DNA of 12,653 nt from Armatimonadota bacterium. Lineage in GTDB: Bacteria; Sysuimicrobiota; Sysuimicrobiia; Sysuimicrobiales; Humicultoraceae. The notes below the pieces were generated by a model. That model searched no databases and had not been told where the DNA came from. It saw only the letters and a program-made list of their open reading frames with translations. The DNA is taken from NCBI GenBank assembly GCA_052386995.1, contig JBQTJP010000101.1:1-12653 (forward strand), in the 5' to 3' direction. The position numbers and the translations under genes are program-made. This document shows positions 1-8,218 of the stretch, one piece after another (the first letter of the stretch is position 1; every line of letters begins with the position of its first letter).

Positions 1-355
1 TGCACTTGATCGGATCGTTGTCCCCCGTCGCCCTGAAGCGGATGTCGTTGCTGTCGGCGGGCTGCACCAGGGTGTAGTCCCAGCAGCCAACCGAATCCGG
101 AGGCTCGACGAACCCGAACGTGCTCGACATGTTGGCCGCGTCGATCCCGTTCCATGTGTTGCGCTCGAGGTAGTAGCCCCACGCCAGTGATTTTAACTCA
201 GCGAGGACGCCGTCCGCCTCAGCGAAAAACGCGTCACGCCGCGCACCCAGATAGCGGGGAACCGCCAGGGCGATCAGGATGCCGAGAATCGCCAGGACGA
301 CGACGAGCTCAACGAGCGTAAAGGCCCGCTCCCCTTTGGGCTTCAGGCTGGTCAT
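1..355 (-). CDS. Type IV pilin paralogue (3' end beyond window edge)
   Basis: Hand translation from ATG at 355: MTSLKPKGERA|FTLVELVVVLAILGILIALAVPRYLGARRDAFFAEADGVLAELKSLAWGYYLERNTW...GCWDY...IKC. Class III signal peptide with F+1, E+5 and a hydrophobic helix; open to the window edge; closely similar to the pilin at 2123-2560. Not in the ORF track. Confidence 0.93.
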   Translation of the reverse strand, partial: MTSLKPKGERAFTLVELVVVLAILGILIALAVPRYLGARRDAFFAEADGVLAELKSLAWGYYLERNTWNGIDAANMSSTFGFVEPPDSVGCWDYTLVQPADSNDIRFRATGDNDPIKC

Positions 356-400
356 GTCGATACCCTGAACCGCGTTCCCCACTACCCGCGCGTTCACTTG

Positions 401-429
401 AATCTATGCCCCCGCGCGGAGCGGGTCAG
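401..429 (-). promoter_or_regulatory. Candidate sigma70-type promoter for the pilin at 355
   Basis: Minus strand CTGACC-N17-TAGATT in the short intergenic gap upstream of the pilin ATG. Confidence 0.35.
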
Positions 430-438
430 ACCCTAGGG

Positions 439-2049
439 TTAACGGCGGACGGTCTTGAGGACCCAGACGCCTTTGAAGTCCGCCAGGCCGTCGGGTTCGT
501 AGAGGTCCGTCAGCAGCTTCTTGAGCCGCTCCCATGCTGGGACCGGGAAGGGGCGCGTGAAGACGATCCAGATGACTCTGTGGCGGTCCGCGTAGGCCCG
601 GAACGCCGCCTTGTTGGCTTCGTCGGCGGCGGGATCGGGGCGGGCGGTCCCACCCGTGACATCCCAGAGCTCACGGGGCGTCATCTCCACGATACGCTGC
701 GTGCCTCTGTAATAGTAGGAGAACGGAATCGATCCTATGCCGGGGATAAGCAGAATGAGATCGTCCAGTGCAGCCCCCTCCGCGACCAGGGCCGCCGCGG
801 TGCGCCAGTTCCACACATCACCGCTGGCGTACACCCGCTCCAGGGCAGGAGCGGAGAACCCCAGGAGAGCCAGTACCAGCGCCAGGGCCACGGTGCGCCG
901 GAACGCCGGTGCTGCGCGGCCGCTGACCGCCGCAATGCCGCAGGCCGTGAGGATGGCGAAGGGAGGCACCAGATATGAGAAATACCGCGGGTAGAACACG
1001 TTGTGGCGAAGCGTGAAGACCAGGACGATGCCCAGCGGTACGACAAGGTAGCCGACAAGCAGCCACAGGGATCGAGGGGTCTTACGCAGGAACACCGCGC
1101 CGGCCAGCACGAGCGCCAGGAATGGAACCAGGATCGCGGCTTCAACGATGCCCGGCGTCGGCGGGGCCTGCCATCCGAAGTACCCGTCGAATCCAAGGAT
1201 GTGGCCGCCAAAGGCGAGGAGACCGAAGAGATTCAGGACCGTGTGCAGCGCGAATGGCGGGCGGACGTGGGGCCACGCGCGTCCGGACAAGACCGTCTCT
1301 ATCAGGAGGGGCAACCACGGGAGGTACCCTATCACGATGAGTAACTGGCTCACCACCCACGGGCGGCGGATATGGGGAGCCGCGGCCAGCACGAAGACGC
1401 CCTGACCCGCCAGCGTGAGGAACGCAAAATGATGCGTGTAGAGTGAGAGTACTGTGGCGGCGACGTAGGCCGGCCATGCCCACCACCGTTCCTCTGCGGC
1501 CAGCAGGAGGGCCGCCCACGAGGTGATCGTCAGAAGGCCGAGCAGAGGATACATCCTGGCCTCCTGCGCAGCGACGACGTGCAGCGGTGCGACTGCCGTG
1601 AGAAACGCGCCGAGGGCGCCTACGAGGGGACCGCCGAGCCGCCGGCCCAGCCACCAGGTCCCCCCGACCGTGAGGATGCTGGCCAGGGCGCCGACCGAGC
1701 GGAGCGCGGCTTCACCGATCCCGAACATCTTGATCCATCCCGAGAGGACCAGGTAATACAGCGGAGGATGCGGATCGCCCCACTTCGAGAAGGCGATCAC
1801 TTCTCCCAGCGACCGGTTTGCGGCGAACGCGGAAAACGCCTCGTCGAACCAGAGGCTGCGGTCGCCGATCGACGCAAACCGCAAGACCGCCGCCAGCGCC
1901 ATTAGACCCCCCACAATCGCGATCTGCACGAAGACGCCCGACCGCGCTACCGCCTGGCCGCCCGAGGCAGATGGGGACATCCCGCGACGCCCGAGTGAGG
2001 GCCACACAGTAGAAGGTATCGCGCGATCGAGGGGATCGTCACGCATCAT
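439..2049 (-). CDS. GT-C fold membrane glycosyltransferase (PMT/GT39/ArnT-like), candidate pilin glycosyltransferase
   Basis: Polytopic membrane protein with SLWFDEAFS (acidic DE motif after the first TM), DPHPPLYY, QEARMY, LYTHH and PRYF motifs typical of PMT_2/ArnT-like enzymes. Lies between two pilin genes. Start could instead be ATG 1980. Confidence 0.85.
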   Translation of the reverse strand: MMRDDPLDRAIPSTVWPSLGRRGMSPSASGGQAVARSGVFVQIAIVGGLMALAAVLRFASIGDRSLWFDEAFSAFAANRSLGEVIAFSKWGDPHPPLYYLVLSGWIKMFGIGEAALRSVGALASILTVGGTWWLGRRLGGPLVGALGAFLTAVAPLHVVAAQEARMYPLLGLLTITSWAALLLAAEERWWAWPAYVAATVLSLYTHHFAFLTLAGQGVFVLAAAPHIRRPWVVSQLLIVIGYLPWLPLLIETVLSGRAWPHVRPPFALHTVLNLFGLLAFGGHILGFDGYFGWQAPPTPGIVEAAILVPFLALVLAGAVFLRKTPRSLWLLVGYLVVPLGIVLVFTLRHNVFYPRYFSYLVPPFAILTACGIAAVSGRAAPAFRRTVALALVLALLGFSAPALERVYASGDVWNWRTAAALVAEGAALDDLILLIPGIGSIPFSYYYRGTQRIVEMTPRELWDVTGGTARPDPAADEANKAAFRAYADRHRVIWIVFTRPFPVPAWERLKKLLTDLYEPDGLADFKGVWVLKTVRR

Positions 2050-2059
2050 CAGCAGAGAC

Positions 2060-2088
2060 GGGAAGTGGCCCGCGCGGGGCCACTTCCC
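2060..2088 (-). terminator. Perfect 12-bp hairpin downstream of the major pilin (terminator, attenuator or stability element)
   Basis: GGGAAGTGGCCC (2060-2071), 5-nt loop, GGGCCACTTCCC (2077-2088), about 35 nt after the pilin stop. No true U-tract on the minus strand (GUCUCUG). Confidence 0.6.
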
Positions 2089-2122
2089 ATTATAACTCGA
2101 TGAGACGATTACAGACGATGGT

Positions 2123-2560
2123 CTACAGGCCGGCCTGCGTTCGCGCGGACGACCCGTTGCTCTGGAGTGTCAGGGTGACCACCGCAGCGCCGGGCAGCGG
2201 ACCGCACGCGCTTCGCCCGGCAGGCTCATCGTTGGCGGCGATGAGGATCGAAGCCGCCGCGGCGTTCGTGATGGTAAACGACCAACAGGCGCTTGCAGGC
2301 GCCGAGAAGCCCAGGCTGCTGACCAGGGCCGCGCTGTCGACTCCCGCCCATGTGTTGTACTGCTGGAAGTACGCCCACGCCAGGGTCTTGGCCTCCTGGA
2401 GCAGGTTGTCGCCTTCGGCGATCAGTGCGTTTCTGCGGGCGCCCAGGTACCGCGGCACCGCCAGTGCAACGAGAATGCCGAGGATCGCGAGCACGACGAC
2501 CAGCTCGATCAGCGTGAAGCCGCGCTCACTCCTCTTCGCTTTCCAGAAGAACCTCAACAC
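2123..2560 (-). CDS. pilA: Type IV major pilin (PilA-like)
   Basis: MLRFFWKAKRSERG|FTLIELVVVLAILGILVALAVPRY: canonical G|F...E5 prepilin cleavage/methylation site; two Cys in the C-terminal half; GTG start with a strong AAGGAGG SD; followed by a hairpin. Confidence 0.9.
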   Translation of the reverse strand: MLRFFWKAKRSERGFTLIELVVVLAILGILVALAVPRYLGARRNALIAEGDNLLQEAKTLAWAYFQQYNTWAGVDSAALVSSLGFSAPASACWSFTITNAAAASILIAANDEPAGRSACGPLPGAAVVTLTLQSNGSSARTQAGL

Positions 2561-2612
2561 CGCGAATCCCTCCTTGAATCATTCGTTGTGAATTCCACCG
2601 TCCCTAGCACTC

Positions 2613-2641
2613 ACCTTAATACCAGTCCATGAATGATGCAA
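2613..2641 (-). promoter_or_regulatory. Candidate sigma70-type promoter of pilA
   Basis: Minus strand TTGCAT-N17-TAAGGT in an AT-richer patch about 50 nt upstream of the GTG. Confidence 0.45.
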
Positions 2642-2839
2642 CGATCAGACCAGGGGTCTTCGTGTACTCCGGTCTCTCCCCGACAGTTCACCTCCCGCCT
2701 CCCGACGTCATCCCCATGTGACCGAGGACACGGCCCGCTCACGACGTAACCGCACGCCGGTCAACACCCTTTATGCCCATGCCCCAAGCGCTCTAGACAC
2801 ACGCGGAAACGAGCCCCGGACGCGTGGTTCGCGTGGCCG

Positions 2840-2858
2840 TGGTACTATGGCCGCGATG
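2840..2858 (+). promoter_or_regulatory. Candidate extended -10 promoter giving a leaderless mRNA
   Basis: TGgTACTAT (2840-2848) followed after 7 nt by ATG 2856; no SD is visible before either nearby ATG. Confidence 0.45.
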
Positions 2859-4145
2859 AATCGCGTGATCATCGTCGGGCTCGTCCTCTTCATCGCCGCT
2901 ATCCCGCTGCTGCCAACCATCGAGAGAAAGGTCGAAGCGACCCTGCTGACCTCGCTGCTCCTCGTCGTCGGACTCTATATCCACGCGCGGCGGGGCGGTC
3001 ACCCCGTTCGTACCCCGTTGGACGTCCCGGGAGTGACCCTCCTGCTGATTGCGACACTTGCCACGATTGCGTCCGTCGATCGCTTCGGGAGCCTGTTCCC
3101 ATCCTCGCTGCGGGGCGAGGGACTGCTGACGTTTGCCGGGTACATCATCGCGGCACTCGCCGCATCGCGGCTGGACCGGCGGGGCAGCAACGCCGTCGTG
3201 GCCGCCGCCCTGGCCGGAGGCAGCCTGGTGGGCGCCATCGCCCTGGCCCAGTTCTATGGATTACCCGTGAACGCGTGGCTGGGGATCGAAGGCATTCAGC
3301 GTGAAGGCCGAACGCCGGGGACACTCGGAAACGCGTTCTTCCTGGGCGGCTACGTCAGCCTCGTTCTCCCCGCGGCCGTCGCCCTTGCCGCTTTGGCGAG
3401 CGGAGAGAAGGCGCGCTGGCTGTACACCGCTGCCTCCACGCTCCTGTTTGCGGCGGCCGTCACATCTCAGACCCGCGCGGCGTGGGGCGCCCTGGCCGGC
3501 GCAGGGGTGCTGCTCTTCGTGCTGCTTCCACGGTCTCCCCAGATCCGTCGCCGTCTGATCACACTGGCGGCGATTGGCGTCGTCACGGCCCTCCTGCTGG
3601 ACGTCACCAATCCGTATGTGTCGTTTGGCCGGCGCGTGACGCTGACCTTCGACCCGAGCGACTCGTCGCTGGCGCAGCGACTCTATGTCTGGAAGCACAC
3701 CCTTCCGATGATCGTCAAGCGTCCTGTCCTGGGGTGGGGGTTTGGCGCGCTCCAGGGCCGGTTTCCCGATGCGGGATCACCGGAATGGCTGCGACTGTAT
3801 GGCTTCAGAATCGTTGGGATCGACACACCTCACACCGAGACGCTGCACTTCGCGTTCAGCATCGGCCTGGCCGGTCTGGCGGCCTATGTGTGGGTGTGGG
3901 CGGTGGTCGCATCTGCTCTTCGCGGCGCGTTGCGCCGCCGGGCCGGCTCATACGCGCTCGCGGCGGGACTTGCCGCCGCCATGGTCGGGTATGGGTTGTG
4001 GCTCCAGCTGGGCTGGAGCCACATGGGTCCCGCGAACGTCTTTTGGGTGCTTGCCGGTACGGCCGTCGCCCTGGGGCGGGAAGAGCGCCCTCTGCTTAGC
4101 GACCGCCCGTCGCCAGCTGGAAGATCGGCAGGTACAGCGAGATGA
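2856..4145 (+). CDS. O-antigen ligase-like (Wzy_C) membrane protein; candidate pilin O-oligosaccharyltransferase (PglL/TfpO-like)
   Basis: Many TM segments; RTPGTLGNAFFLGGY, SQTRAAW, SSLAQRLYVWKHTLPMIVKRPVLGWGFG and DTPHTETL match Wzy_C-family motifs with the conserved Arg and His. The track's start at 2718 adds an implausible hydrophilic N-terminus; 2856 (or 2847) is preferred. Divergent from pilA; 3' end overlaps the pilC 3' end by 50 bp. Confidence 0.8.
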   Translation: MNRVIIVGLVLFIAAIPLLPTIERKVEATLLTSLLLVVGLYIHARRGGHPVRTPLDVPGVTLLLIATLATIASVDRFGSLFPSSLRGEGLLTFAGYIIAALAASRLDRRGSNAVVAAALAGGSLVGAIALAQFYGLPVNAWLGIEGIQREGRTPGTLGNAFFLGGYVSLVLPAAVALAALASGEKARWLYTAASTLLFAAAVTSQTRAAWGALAGAGVLLFVLLPRSPQIRRRLITLAAIGVVTALLLDVTNPYVSFGRRVTLTFDPSDSSLAQRLYVWKHTLPMIVKRPVLGWGFGALQGRFPDAGSPEWLRLYGFRIVGIDTPHTETLHFAFSIGLAGLAAYVWVWAVVASALRGALRRRAGSYALAAGLAAAMVGYGLWLQLGWSHMGPANVFWVLAGTAVALGREERPLLSDRPSPAGRSAGTAR

Positions 4146-5313
4146 CCATCGCGCCGACGATCACGCCCATGACGATGATGAGGATCGGCTCCAGCAACGA
4201 GGTCAGGCTCGCGACCATCGTCTCGACTTCGACATCGTAGAAGTCGGCAACCTTCTCGAGCATCTGCTCGAGTGCACCGGTCTCTTCGCCCACCTTGGCC
4301 ATCTGCACGACCATCGGTGGGAAGACGCCCGAAAACTGCAGGGGGATCGCGATCGTCTGACCTTCGCGGATGCTGGCCCGGACCGCGTCCACCGCTTCGC
4401 CGATGACCACGTTGTCGATGGCCTTGGCCACGACCTCGAGCGACTGCATGATCGGCACGCCGCTACTGATCAGCGTCCCCAGCGTGCGTGTGAAGCGGGC
4501 CACGACGATCTTCCGGTTCAGTTCGCCCAGCACCGGCATCTTGAGCTTGAAGCGGTCGTAGCGCGCCCGGCCGCCGGGGGTCTGAAGATACCGGCGCAGG
4601 ACGTATACCGTGACCCCCATCACCGCCAAGATGATATACCAGTATCGCCGGATCGCCACGCTGCTCGCCATCGCGATCTGCGTCGGCAGCGGCAGCTGGC
4701 CCGACCCGCCGATCTCCCTGAACAGCGTCTCGAACTGCGGCAGGATCACGATCGTCATGAAGAACAGACCGCCCATGGCGGCCATGGTCAGCAGGATCGG
4801 GTAGACCATCGCCGAGCGGACCTTGCTGCGCAGTGCCTGCTCCTTTTCCATGTAGGTGGCGACGCGGTTGAGCACTTCGTCGAGCACGCCGCCCGTCTCG
4901 CCCGCCTTCACCATGTTGACGTAGAGGGACGAGAACGCTTTCGGATGGCGGCCCATGGAATCCGACAGGGGACGCCCGCCTTCGACGTCCACCCGCACCG
5001 CCGCGGTGATCTCCTTGAGCCGCTTGTTCGACGACTGCTGCTCGAGGATCGTCAGCGTCCGCACCAGCGACAATCCGGAGTTGACCATCGTGGCGAACTG
5101 CCGGCTGAAGATGGCCAGGTCCTTGAGGCCGATGCCCATCCATCCCTGCAGGCTCTGCAGGACGTCGGTCCGCTCGATCGTGCGCTCGAGCTTCGTGATG
5201 AAGAACCCCATGTCGCGCAGCCGGTCGACGACCATGGCGTCGCTGTCGGCTTCGATCACCCCGGCGATCATGCGGCCAGTGTTGTCTTTGGCGCTGTAGC
5301 GAAAGACGGCCAT
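4096..5313 (-). CDS. pilC: Type IV pilus platform protein PilC (GspF family)
   Basis: MAVFRYSAKD, FSRQFATMVNSGL, LYVNMVKAGETGGVLD, SAMVYP, VGEETGALEQML, LLEPILI, YLPIF; 405 aa; directly follows pilT. Confidence 0.96.
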   Translation of the reverse strand: MAVFRYSAKDNTGRMIAGVIEADSDAMVVDRLRDMGFFITKLERTIERTDVLQSLQGWMGIGLKDLAIFSRQFATMVNSGLSLVRTLTILEQQSSNKRLKEITAAVRVDVEGGRPLSDSMGRHPKAFSSLYVNMVKAGETGGVLDEVLNRVATYMEKEQALRSKVRSAMVYPILLTMAAMGGLFFMTIVILPQFETLFREIGGSGQLPLPTQIAMASSVAIRRYWYIILAVMGVTVYVLRRYLQTPGGRARYDRFKLKMPVLGELNRKIVVARFTRTLGTLISSGVPIMQSLEVVAKAIDNVVIGEAVDAVRASIREGQTIAIPLQFSGVFPPMVVQMAKVGEETGALEQMLEKVADFYDVEVETMVASLTSLLEPILIIVMGVIVGAMVISLYLPIFQLATGGR

Positions 5314-5319
5314 CTCCTC

Positions 5320-6495
5320 TTACCTCCTGGCAGCACGAGCAGGTTCGGCTTCACCGCCGGCTTCCCGAATCATCTTGCGGAGCTCCTCCGGATGGATCGC
5401 CCGGGACAGCGCGTCGTCGAGTGACACCATCTTCTGCAGCACGAGATCGCGCAGCGACTGGTCCATGGTCTGCATGCCGTACTGGCCGCCGGTCTGGATC
5501 GCGGTCTCGATCTGGTGGGTCTTCGCTTCCCGGATGAGGTTCTGGATCGCCGGAGTCGAGAACATGACCTCGACCGACGGCACCCGGCCCACTTCCTCGA
5601 TCGTCGGCCAGTTCCCCGTGGTCCCGCCGAGGCGCGAGCGCTGGGCGGTCCGGCTGTCCCGGGTACCCCGAAACCGCGCGTTGGGCAGCAGCTGCTGCGA
5701 GATGACCGCCTCGATCACGCTGGCCAGCTGGATACGGATCTGCTGCTGCTGATACGGCGGAAACACGTCGATGATGCGGTCGACCGACTGGGCGGCGTTC
5801 GCCGTGTGGAGCGTGGCGAACACCAGGTGACCGGTTTCGGCGATCGTCAGGGCGGCGCCGATAGTCTCGAGGTCGCGCATCTCGCCGATGAGGACGACAT
5901 TGGGGTCTTCGCGCAGCACGGCCCGCAGCGCGTTCGGGAAAGATTGCGTGTCAAACCCCAGCTCTCGCTGGTTGACGATGCTCTTCTTGTGCTGATGAAG
6001 GTATTCGATCGGATCTTCGACGGTCACAATGTGCCCGCTGCGCTCATTGTTGATGAAGTCGATCATCGACGCCAGCGACGTGGACTTGCCGTGCCCGGTC
6101 GGGCCGGTCACGAGGACGAGACCGCGGGGCTTGCGCGTGAGATCCTTCAGCGCCGGCGGCAGGTTCAGGGCCTCGATGGACGGGATGGTCATGGGCACCA
6201 CACGGGTGGCGATGCCGACGGCCCCCCGCTGCCGGTAGATGTTCACCCGGAAACGGCCCAGGCCCGGCACGCCGTAGGACAGATCGAGCTCCCAGAACTT
6301 CTCGAACTTCTGCTTCTGGAACGTGTTGAGCATGCTGTACCCGAGCTGGAACGTGTCCTCGGGCGACAGCACCTCGTACTGCTCCATGGGCTGCAGCCGG
6401 CCCCAGACGCGCATCGTGGGCTTGATGCCCGATGTCAGGTGCAGGTCCGATGCCGAGGCGGCCACGACCTCTCGTAGCAAGTCATCAATGTGCAT
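5320..6495 (-). CDS. pilT: Type IV pilus retraction ATPase PilT
   Basis: ASDLHL, Walker A GPTGHGKST, TVEDPIEY, LREDPNVVLIGEMRD (Walker B), AETGHLVFATLH (His box), AIRNLIRE-like AIQNLIRE, GMQTMDQSL. Confidence 0.96.
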   Translation of the reverse strand: MHIDDLLREVVAASASDLHLTSGIKPTMRVWGRLQPMEQYEVLSPEDTFQLGYSMLNTFQKQKFEKFWELDLSYGVPGLGRFRVNIYRQRGAVGIATRVVPMTIPSIEALNLPPALKDLTRKPRGLVLVTGPTGHGKSTSLASMIDFINNERSGHIVTVEDPIEYLHQHKKSIVNQRELGFDTQSFPNALRAVLREDPNVVLIGEMRDLETIGAALTIAETGHLVFATLHTANAAQSVDRIIDVFPPYQQQQIRIQLASVIEAVISQQLLPNARFRGTRDSRTAQRSRLGGTTGNWPTIEEVGRVPSVEVMFSTPAIQNLIREAKTHQIETAIQTGGQYGMQTMDQSLRDLVLQKMVSLDDALSRAIHPEELRKMIREAGGEAEPARAARR

Positions 6496-6508
6496 CCACG
6501 GATCCCTC

Positions 6509-8218
6509 CTACTCGACGAAAACCACGCGCAGCAACTCTTCGAGCGAGGTCATCCCCGCGAGAACTTTGGCGACCCCGTCCTGCTGCAGCGTCCGCATGC
6601 CCGCGTTCTGTGCGGCGCGCTTGAGGACATCCGAAGGCGCCTGTTTGGTCACCAGCGTCTTCGCTTCGTCGTCCATGATCAAGATCTCAAAGAGGCCGAT
6701 GCGCCCCTTGTAGCCGATGTGGCTGCAGTGCTCGCAGCCCTTGGCCTTGTAGATGACGATCTCTTCGCCTGCCGCACCCAGACCGTAGCGCGCCACGACC
6801 TCAGGCGGAGGCGTGTAGGGTTCCCGGCACTTCTGGCACAGCACGCGGACGAGCCGCTGCGCGACGACGCCGATCACGGATGACGAGACCAGAAATGGCT
6901 CGATCCCCATATCGGCCAGCCGCACGACCGCACCGGGCGCGTCGTTGGTGTGCAGTGTCGACAGCACCAGGTGGCCGGTCAGGGCGGCGTTGATGGCGAT
7001 GCGGGCCGTCTCCTCGTCGCGGATCTCGCCGACCATGATGATGTCGGGATCCTGGCGCAGGAACGACCGCAGGCCGGTCGCAAAGGTCAGCCCGGCCTTG
7101 GGGTTGATCTGCACCTGGGCGATGCCCGGCAGCTGGTACTCGACAGGGTCTTCGATCGTGATGATGTTGACCTCTGTCTTGTTGAGCCGATTGAGGATGG
7201 CGTAGAGGCTGGTCGTCTTCCCGCTGCCGGTCGGACCGGTAATCAGGATGATCCCGTACGGCTTGGTGACGAGCCCCTCAAATCGCGGAAGGTCGTAGGA
7301 GAGTAGGCCGAGCTTCTCGATGCCGACCAGCGCGGTCCGCTTGTCCAGGATCCGCATGACGACCTTCTCGCCGAAGGTCGTCGGGATGCTGGAGCAGCGC
7401 AGGTCGATCTCGCGCCCGTCGACGCGCAGCTCGATGCGGCCGTCCTGGGGCGCACGCCGCTCGGCGATGTTCATGTTCGCCATGATCTTGACGCGGCTGA
7501 CGGTCGCGGCCTGGACGTGCTTGGGCGCCATCTTGACGCTGTAGAGCGTGCCGTCGATCCGGTACCGGATCCGCACGTTGGTCTCTTGCGGCTCGACGTG
7601 GATGTCGCTGGCGCCCTGCCGGATCGCCTGCACCAGCATGAGGTTGACCAGGCGCACGACCGGGGCTTCCTCGGTGATCTGCCGGAGCTTGTCGATCCCG
7701 GCGTCATCGTCGATGGCGACGTCGCTCTGTCGGATCTCCTGGATCACCTGGTCGAGGGAGTTGTCCATCGCCGGATACTGGTTGACGGCGTACGTGAACC
7801 CCTCGGGGGTGATCGCGGCGGGGATGATCTCGCGCTCGACGACCCGCCGGATGTCGTCGAGCGCCAGCACGTCCAGCGGGTCGACCATGCCCAGCACCAG
7901 CGCGTCCCCGTCGGTCCGCAGCGGCACCACCTGGTAGCGGCGGATCAGCGCCTCGGGCAGCGACGTCAGCACGGCCTCGGGAATCGTCGTCCCTTGAATG
8001 TGCACGTACTCGATGCCGATCTGGTTGGCGATGGCCTTCGCGATCGCGTCCGGACTGGTGACCCCCAGCGCGACCAGCACCTTGCCCAGGCGGTCGCCGC
8101 TGGTCTGCTGGGCCTGGAGCGCCTGATCGAGCTGCGCCCGGGTGATGAGACCGGCCTCGACCAGGACTTCGCCCAGGCGGACGCGTCGCCGGGCGACCGG
8201 GCTCTTAGAGGGTCTCAT
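6509..8218 (-). CDS. pilB: Type IV pilus extension ATPase PilB with N-terminal MshEN c-di-GMP-binding domain
   Basis: Tandem MshEN motifs RLGEVLVEAGLITRAQLDQALQAQ and RLGKVLVALGVTSPDAIAKAIANQ (8021-8179); ASDIHVEP, GPTGSGKTT, LRQDPDIIMVGEIRD, TGHLVLSTLHTND; Zn-binding CQKC...CEHC. Confidence 0.96.
   Translation of the reverse strand: MRPSKSPVARRRVRLGEVLVEAGLITRAQLDQALQAQQTSGDRLGKVLVALGVTSPDAIAKAIANQIGIEYVHIQGTTIPEAVLTSLPEALIRRYQVVPLRTDGDALVLGMVDPLDVLALDDIRRVVEREIIPAAITPEGFTYAVNQYPAMDNSLDQVIQEIRQSDVAIDDDAGIDKLRQITEEAPVVRLVNLMLVQAIRQGASDIHVEPQETNVRIRYRIDGTLYSVKMAPKHVQAATVSRVKIMANMNIAERRAPQDGRIELRVDGREIDLRCSSIPTTFGEKVVMRILDKRTALVGIEKLGLLSYDLPRFEGLVTKPYGIILITGPTGSGKTTSLYAILNRLNKTEVNIITIEDPVEYQLPGIAQVQINPKAGLTFATGLRSFLRQDPDIIMVGEIRDEETARIAINAALTGHLVLSTLHTNDAPGAVVRLADMGIEPFLVSSSVIGVVAQRLVRVLCQKCREPYTPPPEVVARYGLGAAGEEIVIYKAKGCEHCSHIGYKGRIGLFEILIMDDEAKTLVTKQAPSDVLKRAAQNAGMRTLQQDGVAKVLAGMTSLEELLRVVFVE

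Noticed and set aside
430..439. 10-bp palindrome ACCCTAGGGT at the GT-C stop codon
   Set aside because: Short, loopless and single-copy; insufficient support for a function.
2611..2691. 26-codon minus-strand ORF (GTG start after GGAGG) upstream of pilA
   Set aside because: Very short, overlaps the candidate pilA promoter and has no recognisable features; probably chance.
3742..5424. 560-aa plus-strand ORF, and similar ORFs at 5515-6477, 7517-8230 and 9322-10389
   Set aside because: Antisense shadows of pilC, pilT, pilB and the DnaB-like gene, with no independent coding signal.
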